DNA of 64,000 bases, from assembly GCF_018977255.1 (NCBI RefSeq), contig NW_024704742.1, positions 26,600,001-26,664,000 of the forward strand. Direction: 5' to 3'. This DNA is from Callorhinchus milii (lineage: Eukaryota). Positions 13,919-25,113 of this stretch are shown here, piece by piece; positions within the stretch are counted from its first letter, which is position 1; each line of letters starts with the position of its first letter. Below the pieces are notes generated by a model. That model saw only the letters and a list, made by a program, of their open reading frames with translations, did not search any database and was not told where the DNA came from. Position numbers and translations under genes: made by a program.

Positions 13919-16242
13919 TTAAAGGCTACGATTAGGTGAAATTTCAAGCCTTTGGGACGTAGAGTGAGAGAGTCAGACACATCTGGGTACCTACAGGATT
14001 CCACATTTTGAAACACTGCTACAAAAAACTCCGCCAATCAGACCCCGTGATATTAATTTGTTAGCATAGCTTGGTTTTGGTGTGGGAGGGGAAGGGAGTG
14101 AGCAATTGTGCTGAAGCAGACATCCGATCAGTAGTAATGACAACTCTTAACAACCCAAACTACTCCCTTATTATAGTTTCTTCTGTCCAAAGATTTCTCT
14201 CAAAGTTTTTTTAAAGTATTACAAGCTGGCGGTTCATTCTTCTCCTGGCCGTGACAAATTATTTTACAACATGATGACCGTTACAAAATGTGGTCTGCAT
14301 GCATCAGCAGAACCATGTAACAGATCAATTCGCCTCTGGAGGAAATAATGCACAGCATACCATGCTAACAGTTTTCTTGAACTTGAAACACATCAGTTTG
14401 AAAAGAGGTGACGGGAGTAGCTTTCATCCTTAGCATGCAGAAAACAAGAGAGGACAGGGCAGCATTGTAAAGGCGACAGTACAATGCCACTGTTCTTTCA
14501 GAAGCAGCCAAGACGCACGAACCATGAATACTAGAGTTAGGAATGAAGTTCAATGAGATTTTTCTTCCGATAAAGAACTGGAATGTGTTAGTACAACACA
14601 ATACTACAACAACAATAACTTACATTTAGATAGCATCCTTCATACGAGGCAGCGTCTCAAAGTGTTTAGCAGTAGCGGAGCTTGATTCCGAGCCAGCTAG
14701 AGAGGTACTGAAGATATTTTGATCCTGTATTTATTTCAGAATGCCAAAGACTGTAAGAATTCCTGGAGATACCCTGTGTACGTGTGCTTGTGTGGATGTA
14801 GGAGGGGAGGGGGAATATCAGATTTTTGCTTTTCTAAAATGTCATATTTGTAATCTAAAATAAATCTGTTGCTGGTGTCATATCACTCAACCATGCAGTG
14901 AAGTCATCGGTGGTGTGAAGTTTGATCATGTAAAACATCTCATAGAGAAGGAAGCAATAGAAAATGTTAGGACATTACATTTTGCTGTTAAACCTAAGTC
15001 ATTAATGCACTGCAGAGTGTGTTACATTAACTAAAGGCATTCAGGTTAATGTTCAACTCCTGGAAAAACTGATGCTCAAAATTAACTGGATCATGCAACC
15101 CTTGCACACCAATCTTAACGCTAGCTCTACAACTCCTTATCCACAGAAAAAAATTATAATTATAATAATGCTTGGATTTCATAACACGCTTTATCTTGCT
15201 GAATCGTCTCAAGGTGTTTCTGTGAAGTGTAGTAACTGTGCATTTTGCAGGTTAATGCAGCAGCCAATTTGCTTACAACAGTATCCTACAGAAAATCAGG
15301 AGGTGAATAATCAATGTAACTGGAGGATTGTTGGCCAGTACACTGGAAGAAAGCCCCTCCTCTTATTGATTTCAGAAACAATTACATTTCAAAGACTATA
15401 TTTTTTGGAGTGAAAAATATAGAAGATTCTAAATGGCAGCTCCTTCCAGCAACCACAATGTGTCTAAACAATCAGTGGGAACTATTCTCCAGAAGTCGAA
15501 CATGTTGGAGTTCCCATGAGGTCAGTAGAATGGACTTCCGTTACTAGAATTAATCACAATTTGAGACTCAAGGTACTTTGTGGAAAATCCATTCAATGAA
15601 TGTGGCATTGTCTTTAATGTAAAGGGATGGAGAAAAGGCATGGGAAATGAGATTAAAACATCTGCCATATGATATATTAACGGAAAAGGCTTTATGGGCT
15701 GACCTTCTCCTGTTCCTATAAAAGACTACTGTATATGCCATTGACAGAGGACAAAGTTAGGTCAAGCATTGTGTCCATTAACACCTGGCCTAGCAGTATC
15801 TGCAGTAATTCAGCTTGACCTGCATATTCCAAGGTGGAGATGAAATACAATTGACAAGGTTATATCTGAGGAGTTCAAACAGGATTGGTGCCAATGTGTA
15901 CCTATACAATTGGCCAACTACCAAATCTACAATAACATGAAAGATCACGGGTACCATAGTAAACCAGCTTGAACAGGCTTGGAAGCAAAATGACAACACA
16001 AAAATTTTCATCCCTGATCTATCGAACATTACTGAAGGAAAAATAATGGCATTTATATGTTGTAAGTAATCAATGTAGGGAATTATATTATCTTTTCTGA
16101 CCATAGATGGAAAAGGAAAGCATCATCTAGAGCAGGATTGCTTCAGTCAAAAGAAAAGATGTTTAGAATTATCAACTCTCCTGCCACCGAATTACTAAGT
16201 AATAATGGGGTAGAAATTCCACCTAGGTCTAAATTTACCCTA

Positions 16243-16670
16243 CATAATAATCCTTACATCCAATATAGCAAGTTTCACATCAGGAGGACATCTCAAAGTG
16301 TTTCATAGTATTTGCTATAGTGTGTGATGACTGTATATTTTGTGGATGAACATGGTAGACAATTTGTGCCCAGAGATCTCCCGCAAACATGAAACAAATA
16401 TTAATTTTATTATTATACTTGGTGACTGTTGGCCAGGACACCAAGAATACTTCCCTTTTGTTTCCCAATAGTGCCATGAGATTTCTGACGTCCACTTGAA
16501 CAGGCAGACGGACTTTCGCTTAACATCTCATTTGAAGAGTGATATCTCTGACAATGTAGCATATCCCCAGCATTGCATTGGAGTAGCAGCCTAGACTATA
16601 TAAGTTCAAAGTCACAACATGGGGTTTGAACCCACAACCTTCTGACTCAAGATGCAAGTGGTACCAACCG
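16243..16670 (-). mobile_element. SINE family B
   Basis: Reverse complement of head (gaacccacaaccttctgactca) and Deu-like core (tagtgccatgagatt, aacatctcatttgaa). Confidence 0.85.
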
Positions 16671-16927
16671 GGACTTCAGAGTTTGGCAAATTCTTAAATG
16701 CAACCTTAATTCTAAAGCCAGATATCTGTAAGTTGTTTTCAAGACAGTTTCTTAAAGCACAATGCAGTGTACAGAAAAATTAACAGGGAATGTAATAGTT
16801 ATTGGAGTTTCACGTCCAAGCCTGATCTCAAATTAATAATACAGAAAAGCTGGTCAATGATATGGGTTGGGCTCTACTGCTCGAGCGCTGAGAATTCATC
16901 ATGGGGACTCATCAATACATCCATTTT

Positions 16928-17260
16928 TATAATAATCCTTGCATTTGATATGTCATGTCGTCTAGACGTCTCAAAGTGCTTCACAGAATATACCCTAAAG
17001 TGAATTGACTGTATATTTTGTGGCCACAACGCTGCAGACAATTGCGCATAGCAGTATCCCACAAACAGTCGTGGATTGAAGTGACCAATTTATTATTATT
17101 ATTATTATTTTGAAGGAATTATTACCCCTGGAAAAGCAATCCGCAATCGACTAACAACTGGGTTCTAGATAAACAGTAAGGAAACTTGTCCAACATTTCG
17201 CTCTGCCGGGAATCAAACCCAGGTCTCTTGCTTGCTCTAACCCCTGAGCTACAAGTCTCT
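16928..17260 (-). mobile_element. SINE family A, long form with internal deletions
   Basis: Same tail, middle block and degraded head as 3785-4149. Confidence 0.85.
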
Positions 17261-18559
17261 ACGATCTTTATCATTTTGTACACTCTTGTTACAGCGGCTG
17301 AGGGCGGAATTCAAGATTATTCTCATTTGAATCTTGAATCCAATAACTGCAGTACCAAACTGAGAACAAATCATTACTGCACTTGCTCTTTGTAAATTTT
17401 CATTACCCATCTATTACTGAACAGTGACCGATTCCTCGGTCTTAGGAAATGCATGGCTGACTTTCCATTTGAAGATACAGAACAAGATCCCAAGATTGGA
17501 GTGGATGAAATAAGCCCTTCAGCCCATCCAATCTCATCCTTCCAGCTTCCGTTTCCCCTGTCTCTCTCCCCAAACCCCACCACCCACCCCCATTCGTTGA
17601 GACGTCTCAAAGAGCTTCAGAGGATACACTGTAAAGTGGATTGACCGTGTGTTTTGTGGGTGAAAGCCCGAAGTAAGGATACTAAACAAAGACAATCCCA
17701 ACTCTTCACAGAGTTCTTTTATTTAGCTGTTATGATTAGCTGCACTATTCAGCAGGATACCCAAGGCACCTTATGCTGAAGCAGTAGACAAACAGTAATG
17801 ATGGATTATCACTTTAAGCAAGGCCGATAAAAGACCAGGGTTCAGTTTCTGATATTAAATATTCAGTGTGTTTTTTTTAAAACCTGTTTATGAAATCCAT
17901 ACCGCACATGAAAAAATGCCTGCAAAATACATACAGACACACCACTTTACAGTATATCCTGTGAAGCATTTTATGACATCTCAATGACGTGGTAAGGTGC
18001 TATATCAAATGCAAGGAATCTTATTATTATTATTATATGAATAAAAAAAAGCTTCCATTCAAAAGCTTCACACAGAAGATAAAAGCGCCTAATCACATAT
18101 AGGAGTAAAATAGGAAGAAAATACAAAATAAATCAATTCCATTCTACAATGCAGAATCAAACAATATTGCACTGCAGAGAATCGTAAACAGGATTTTTTT
18201 GTCTCTGCTGCCAGTAAGTTCACCATTTCCAAAAACTGTTCATCCGATTATTGCTTGTAAACCGAGACACCCTCTCAAACACGTTACTCAAATCTATGTC
18301 CATGTTCAACCTTTATTGCTACAATCAGAGTCAAAGTCACACAACAGTTCCTCAATGCTTCATTAAGTGCAGATGAAACAGGATGCACATTCCCATTACC
18401 TGAGAGTAAAGCAAGTGAGCTCTTTGTGTGATCTTGAAGGTGGAGGAAAACTATGTATGATATGGAAATGCATGCAGTAGGGGGAGGGGGGGGCGAGGAG
18501 GGAAGGAAGCTATATCCTTATTTATTTTTAAGCAAATACAAAAGCGAAACCAGATTGAG

Positions 18560-18890
18560 TTTTACAATACAATGGACATTTAAACAGCAGGAGGACGTCT
18601 CAAAATGCTCTACACTGCTTGCTGGGCATGGGAGCCAAAGGGGGTGGCAGGGGAAAGATGACCAGAAGTGGGATCAAACATTTATGTCTTGAGGCCGGCT
18701 ATGAATGGAGTGAGGGAGGGAACAAGTGGGGGGGATTCAGAGATGGAATTCCAGACAGCGAGGGCCCAGTAGCTGAAAGCTCGTCTGCCGAAAGTGGGCT
18801 GGACAGGGTAGGAGACATGACACAGCAGTGTTCGCTGAGTGAAAGGAGCGGCCAGGTCAGTAGGGTTGTAGGAAGTCACAGAGGTACGGT
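18560..18890 (-). mobile_element. L2 3' fragment
   Basis: Minus ORF with TFGRRAFSYWALAVWNS; L2-type tail at ~18590. Confidence 0.75.
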
Positions 18891-19819
18891 GAAAATATCG
18901 TAAGTGAGTACATCTTGTACAGCAACAAGCAACATAACCTGCTAATCAACCATCATTATCTTTTGGATATATTTCTGCACAGATTTTTATTCGCACAAAA
19001 CATTGAAGTTTCATCTTAAATGGCACCAAAAGATGTTTAAATATCTGTACGGTAAATATTTGTACATTTGTTTAATCGAAAAACACCCCCCAGATTGTGG
19101 TGGAAATAATAATGTATTAAATAGTCATTAATGTTGGAATAATTTTGCCAGTTATTCCCCCCTCCCTGTGTTGAAGGAAAAGATATTGCACTTTCTCTCC
19201 CCCCAAAAATTCCAATGCAATGTACGTGTAAACAGAATCTTTTGCTCGGTTATCTGGCTTGCAAATATATGGCAGAGAAATCAATGTATAGGCTCCATCT
19301 CCCCCCCACGGTTTACTAGCAGACTGACCCAATTGTGGACGTTTTTTATTGAATAAGTCTCAGGAGGGATATATTGAAGTTTTTGGACTATAACAGCATT
19401 TTTGATTACAACACTATCATTATCATTAAATTCCTGATAACGCAACGTGGGTTAACTTGTCACTACCACAAAAGTCATCATGCTGCTAATATATACATTT
19501 TTCTATTTATTTACACTTATGCCTAACTCGTCATTCCAGATAATTCATCACTGAGCCCTCTTCCCTTGGAGCAACAAGTTATCAGGAGTTTACTGTATAT
19601 CCTGGGATTGCATTTACTGGGAAAATGGTCCATGCTGTTGCCTCCTACAGATGCAACAAATGCAACATTTATACTGCATCGAGTGCGGCACACTTCGGAA
19701 CAGGATTCTAAGATTCTGCAGGGATTGCAAAAAGAGTAGGGAATTGGGATCAGGTTAGTTAGTGGTGGAGCTGGCACCACCCTAGGCATTAATGGGCCAA
19801 ATGATCTCTTCCAAAGCTA

Positions 19820-20010
19820 CATTTTACATTACAATTTACATTTATACAACACCTTTCTTGTCGCAAGGCCATTTCTAAGCTCTCAACACCGCTTCTGGGC
19901 AACAGAGCTGTGGGAGGATACGAAAGGGAGTGGACTAGAAAGATGACCGAAAGTGCGATCAAAGAGATGGGTCTTGAGAAGGATCTTGAACGAGGTGAGG
20001 GAAGGAGTGA
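19820..20010 (-). mobile_element. L2 3' fragment
   Basis: SLTSFKILLKTHLFDRTF; tail with ataaatgtaaattgtaa. Confidence 0.7.
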
Positions 20011-20483
20011 TTTTTTCTGCATTTGGAGCATTGGGTGGAGTGGAAAAAACAAAGAATAGACATAGAATTTTTTCCACAAAATACACAAGAAACATTCAGA
20101 ACAAACAAAAAAATACCCTTTGACAACCTAAATCTTCACAAATGATTGTGTGCAAGTCAAATCAGTGGTCAAGCTGTGCACTTTAACAGTCATTTCTCTA
20201 TTTGGGGACATTTGTGGTGAGGTTGTGGGAATACAGCTGTGTCCCATATCTATGCATCTCGATATTTTCTTTCTCTCTCATGACACACACTATGAAGAAC
20301 ATGCAGTAAAAGGTGTTCATTAACTAGGTTTCTGCTGCAGCTTGTCCCGACCTGGCCACTGGGAGGTGTACAAGATCAGACCAGAGCTTTGATCCCCACT
20401 ACACCCCATCCCACCACCACCTCTTGTGGACAATGCCTCCACTTCTGTCCTTCCCTTAATGATTGAGTTCAGAAATCCTGCGC

Positions 20484-20507
20484 TGTGTGTGTGTGTGTGT
20501 GTGTGTG
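20484..20507. repeat. (TG)n microsatellite
   Basis: Seen directly. Confidence 0.95.
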
Positions 20508-21508
20508 CAGGGAGGGGGTGGAAATCAAAGGTCTAAACCAGTGAAAAGCAAATCAAGGCACAGCACAACAGCACATTCTGTAGACCTCATTCTGAAAAGA
20601 TATTTGGCCAACATTGAAGATCGTTTTCTTAAATGCTTCAGTATTATGCAAGTTACCAGTATAGAAAATACTGTGAGCTCCCCCTGAGGCACAAGTCATT
20701 TTTTTTCCCCCACATTGCCCGTGACTTAGTGTGTTGCCAACCAAGCTCTGTGTAATAAATGTCACGTGCCAACTTGCTACTGTCCGTAGATTTCATTGTC
20801 CGATTATCTAGTTCTCTGCCCTGTGGCAGAAACAGGCATGTATGAACCTCAAACTCACGTCTTAAGAGGAACAGGTATTGCAAATAAGCGATTTTAGGCA
20901 ATTTTACTGTGGATAACCGAGACCATGCAATTGCCGTCTTTCTCAGCAGGATTTTCTCTATACGGAATCCTCCTAAAATTCCCAATCAATAGCAGTCGGG
21001 GACCAGATCGCGTTGAGTGCCGTTGCTGTTGTGCTGTGCCACGTAATTCCTGTGACCGGAAGGAGTCCCTGTTCGTGTGACACGAATTCAACGAATCCCA
21101 TTTAAGAAACACCACACATCAGATCTCGCACATGTTAATTTTTATTTTGGCAACAAAAAAATGACCATATATGTTGGTTGAACCAAACGATTTGAACTGA
21201 CATTCCTTGAAAGAAGTATAGCTCAGCTGCATGACTGCTGCTAATACCACACAGTACTCGTATGCCTGCCTACTAGCGTATATACCTGCTGAGGGAGGTG
21301 GGGGGGGAAGGGGGGAAAGAAGAGAGAAATTTGCTGACTCATTACTTCATTTCTAACCTTGATGAGCTATGCACGGCATGACTTATACAGCTCACACTGC
21401 AATTCCGCAGGATTTCACCGAGTACGTCAGAAACACCACAATTACTGACAGCAGCTAAGGTTGGGAGGGGAGGTTTAAAAAGGCAGAGAAATAGAAAACA
21501 GACGCTAC

Positions 21509-21578
21509 CTTCTGTCACATAGTTATGGTCTCGGAGAAAGCTGTTGTTGATTTTTCGTGTATCAATGTCCTCGCCCAT
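21509..21578 (-). CDS. PPP2R2B: First coding exon of PP2A regulatory subunit B55 (Bbeta1-type N-terminus); most likely PPP2R2B, PPP2R2C not excluded
   Basis: Translates [23 protein letters not shown] + G, then donor AAG/gtagcg (intron starts 21508). Matches the B55beta ([23 protein letters not shown]) and B55gamma (MGEDTDTRKINHSFLRDHSYVTE) N-termini. 23 codons + 1 nt gives the phase needed to continue into [10 protein letters not shown]. UTR context aaataaccctgctgtcaATG resembles human PPP2R2B as recalled. Confidence 0.9.
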
Positions 21579-21657
21579 TGACAGCAGGGTTATTTGGCAT
21601 GCCGATCCGCAGTGGACTAAAAGAAGCAGGAGAGGTCGTCACGACAGCAGCATCCAT
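21562..21657 (-). CDS. Upstream overlapping ORF (31 aa, [31 protein letters not shown])
   Basis: ATG at 21657 in strong Kozak context (agtATGG); out of frame with the main ORF; TGA at 21564-21562 lies inside the B55 CDS. Translation not demonstrated. Confidence 0.5.
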   Translation of the reverse strand: MDAAVVTTSPASFSPLRIGMPNNPAVNGRGH

Positions 21658-21736
21658 ACTGCCAGTGCTCAGCAGAGGTGGAAGGCGGCGAGGGGTGTGG
21701 AGCACAGCATAATGTGGCTTAGTGATGCAGCACAGC
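21579..21736 (-). other. PPP2R2B: 5' UTR part of the first coding exon, with candidate splice acceptor at ~21736-21738
   Basis: Minus strand reads tttctctttctgtctctcttcatttccctctctcttttgtaaaaaNgctgtg: long polypyrimidine tract then AG if N is A or G. Confidence 0.55.
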
Positions 21737-22054
21737 NTTTTTACAAAAGAGAGAGGGAAATGAAGAGAGACAGAAAGAGAAACAAACACAACGGCTCCCA
21801 CCAAAGTGACAATGTCCAAAAAGAGAGAAGGCTGGGGCGGATGGGGGGGGGGGGGGTGGCGAATAATCAAAGCAAGAGGTGGCCCTTTTGTAGAACAGCC
21901 TTTCACTGGATGACTTATCCTGCAGTAAAAAAAGAGCAAATCAATCTTTCACTCAGGAACTCCTCAAACAAACCCCCGTGCAGAATCTACTCTCGAGTGC
22001 TGCTGCAGAATCTCAACGGATGCTGAGAAAGTGGCACGTCTGGGTAGCACTCAC

Positions 22055-22200
22055 TTAGAATAAGTGCACTGCTGCATTGGCTGCCTGTAGAGACTCAGTA
22101 AAACACGGGTGCTGTGTGACTGCTGCTGCCGCTGCTGTCATATGTGCATGCTGCATCAGGACAGGCCCCTCCCAGACATCCTGTCAGCATCCAACCACGT
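22055..22200 (-). promoter_or_regulatory. PPP2R2B: Core promoter / non-coding 5' exon containing a CAG tract, ending at a GTGAGT donor
   Basis: Minus strand: cgtggttggatgctgacaggatgtctgggaggggcctgtcctgatgca...CAGCAGCGGCAGCAGCAG...ctaa/gtgagtgc (GT at 22054-22053). Contains an Sp1-like GGGAGGGG. TSS not determinable. Confidence 0.6.
22120..22137 (-). repeat. Interrupted trinucleotide tract (CAG)2 CGG (CAG)3
   Basis: Plus strand ctgctgctgccgctgctg, seen directly. Confidence 0.9.
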
Positions 22201-23519
22201 TAGTCCGCATTTCTGGAGATGAAATATGGCACTGCAGGTGATTAAAAGGGGGAGGGAAAAAAAACACAGCTACCACCTTATTTACTGGAATCCTTTGGTA
22301 CAAAACTCTTCCGTGTTGGTGGGTGGATGAAAAGAAGCCAAAAGCAGGCGATCATTGGAAAATCATGAATAAATCAATTCCCTTTTAGAGGAAAGAGAGG
22401 AGAGAGAGAGAGACAGTACAATTGGCATGGCGCTCTGGTTCATCAGTTATTAGCCCGAGTGTGTGAAACGTGTAAAAGCATTGAAACCAGCAGCTCTGCT
22501 ATTAAATTGTACTGAGGTTTTGTCAGCAGATTCTGCCTGGAGCAATCAGTTTACTTGTTCTGCACTGTGTTCCCCATGTGCCTTTCAAATGAGGACCAAA
22601 ATGACTTATATACAAAAAAAAATGCAAACCTAACCTGCGTGGACAGTGCCAAGTTTCACTGCCGGTTAATGCCACTTTCCGCGGGTTGCCAAAAGCATTT
22701 ACATCAAAGCCATTAAAAGAAAATGGTCCATTACTGCAGCAACTTTCGCCTTCTTCAGTTAACTGGAATTTTACTGCAGTAATCATTCATCTATTTACGG
22801 TTGCAGCCCCACACTTAAAATCAGCATGATTGCATAGTGTACCACTGGTTGGATTATTCTGAATTTTATTAAATTCACACTGATTCATCTGGCTCGAAGA
22901 TGATGGGGCTACAATTTTAGGACGCATACAATTGTGAAAAATGCATTTGGCACAATCATTACACATTATTTTCCATCCAGATATCTTTCAGCACCTCACA
23001 CACTGAACATGTGTCCCTTTTGCACATCAGGCCCACTGGTGCCACTTCACACAGTGGAAAGATTATTTTTCTGCCTAACCTTTACCTTTGTAACTTGGTC
23101 ATTCAATCCACCACTGTTTGTGGGACACTGCTGTGCGTTACTGGCTGCCATGTTTCTCCCACAAAATCTACAGTCAATTCACTTTACAGTAAAGAGCTTT
23201 TGAGACGTCTCGAAGACGTGACAAGGCTCTATATCAAATGCAAGGATTATTATTATTATTATTACATTATGTTTTGGTGAATTTATGTTCTCATTCATGC
23301 AGGTTTGCAGGTTATTGCACAACAGCTTTACTGGATTTCACAAATCAAATAAAAAAAATCCCAGAGCCAGAAGTCACATAGAGTATGTTACATAAAAGCT
23401 GCAGGTCAGGAAATACAGGCCCACCCTGCACTGGGGTTTGTCCATAAACTCTGACCTTGTGGTATAAAGAAAGTTTAAAAAAACACTGGTCAGCACTTTC
23501 GGGGACATTAGGTCACCAC

Positions 23520-23600
23520 TGACATCATTTATGTTGTAAAGTGACATCAGCTGCACTTCCTATGCAGAGTGCAGGAAATGCCGCTGGCGTCACTTCCTTT
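23520..23600. promoter_or_regulatory. Candidate proximal enhancer: 2x TGACATCA, CAGCTG E-box, ETS cores, GGAAGTGACGC ETS/half-CRE composite
   Basis: Motifs at 23520-27, 23542-49, 23548-53 and 23587-97, ~1.4 kb upstream of the CAG exon. Motif evidence only. Confidence 0.35.
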
Positions 23601-25113
23601 AATAACGCTCATGGAAAGCGAGTCAATCAACGCCAGAAGTTTCAGATCCAGAATCTCAGTTCCACAATGTGCCTGAGCCATAAGCAGATCTACGCTAAAC
23701 TGGAGTAAGATACATAAGGGTTGCCCTGCAGTATTTGACAGGTTTCTAAGAAAAAAGCAAGACCTAGCATCTAACAAAAACTTGTGCAAACTTCTTATCC
23801 CGCGCTACAGTCTGTTATACAATAAGGCGAATTCCTTTCTTTGAAAATTCTTGGATCTTTTTAAAAATTAGTTTTGCTTTCATTTGGGAAAGGTTTGGCT
23901 AGCCAAGAATAAAGCGCATGGTTGTGGAGACAAGATGATTCTTCCAAAGGTATCACTGAAATCAGGTGAGTGGTTACCTGGGACGCTACCCCACATGAAT
24001 GGCACTATATAATAATAATAATAATCCTTGCATTTGATATAGCGCTTTTCACGTCGGGAGGATAAATCAATTTGTTGTTGTTGTTGTGCGAATCTTGATC
24101 AGCTTATCAAATAATCTCCCCACCCCCCCATGCCCTCAGACAAGTTACGTCTTTGAAATTGAAACTATCCAAACCATTGATTATTAAACTAAACTATTTA
24201 CTACTGAAGTTATCCAAACTGCATTATTATTATTATTATAATAATCCTTGCATTTTATAATGTTCTTTATCACGTTGTCAAGATGTTTCAAAGCACTTCA
24301 CTAAATATACTGTCAAGTGTAGTGAGTGTGTATTTTGTAAGCGAACATTGCAGCCAAATAAAATTAATGACTAATTGGGATTGTTTGGCAATGACACAGA
24401 AAAATTATTCTTCAGTCTGTCCAGTTCAATTATGTGGAGCCAATTTATTCCATTTTTGGCTAACTTATTCATTCCTTATTATAATATGATCATGATATAT
24501 ATATATAATATACACACACACATGCACACACAATGCAATGGAACATGATCACATTAAACAACAATGCTTCAAATGAATCAACAGGATAATAATAAAGGGA
24601 AATAATTGGCAACGCTTGTTGGAAAAGGAAAGAGGCTGACCACTGGATTGAGAACAAGACAGAAGGATTTCAAAAAAGAGAGATTAGGGGAACCAAGAGA
24701 TAGCTGAAAAGGGAAATAACAACAGATGCAAGACAGAACATCAAAATAATCTTGAAATATTCTAACAGTAAGAGAGTAGTCAGGAGAAAAGTTAAACCCT
24801 AAGAGATCTATACGATGAAAAACAGGGTAAACAGGAGAAGGTATACGCATAATACATTTTAACTTTTTTCTTAAAACTGGGGAGGCAACTGGGGAGGGCA
24901 TTAAAAAAAAACTTTCTGGCCCACTTCCACCACATATTGTCTTTAACTGATAGGCTCAAGGGGCTGAAGTCCCCCAAAATAGGCCCCATGGAATTATGAA
25001 CTGTATCTCAAAGATACTTAGAAAGATGAGTGATGGGTTCTATGAGGCACTCAATGTCAGGAATCACAAATGATAAGGTCCAGCGGGATGGAAGCAAACA
25101 AATGTGGTTCTAC

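Noticed and set aside
21342..21508. Continuation of the 78-aa ORF past ...YVTE (GSVCFLFL...)
   Set aside because: Intron read-through after the donor; similarity to B55 stops exactly at the GT.
1..21508. Search for exon 2 ([29 protein letters not shown])
   Set aside because: No matching sequence seen by eye; it presumably lies beyond the window start.
21544..22026. 160-aa plus-strand ORF antisense to the B55 first exon
   Set aside because: Non-ATG start, runs through GA and poly-G low-complexity tracts and an N, no recognisable homology. Antisense transcription is not excluded but cannot be seen from sequence.
22987..23005. TTCAGCACC as a REST/RE1 site
   Set aside because: Only the left half-site is present; the GGACAG half is missing.
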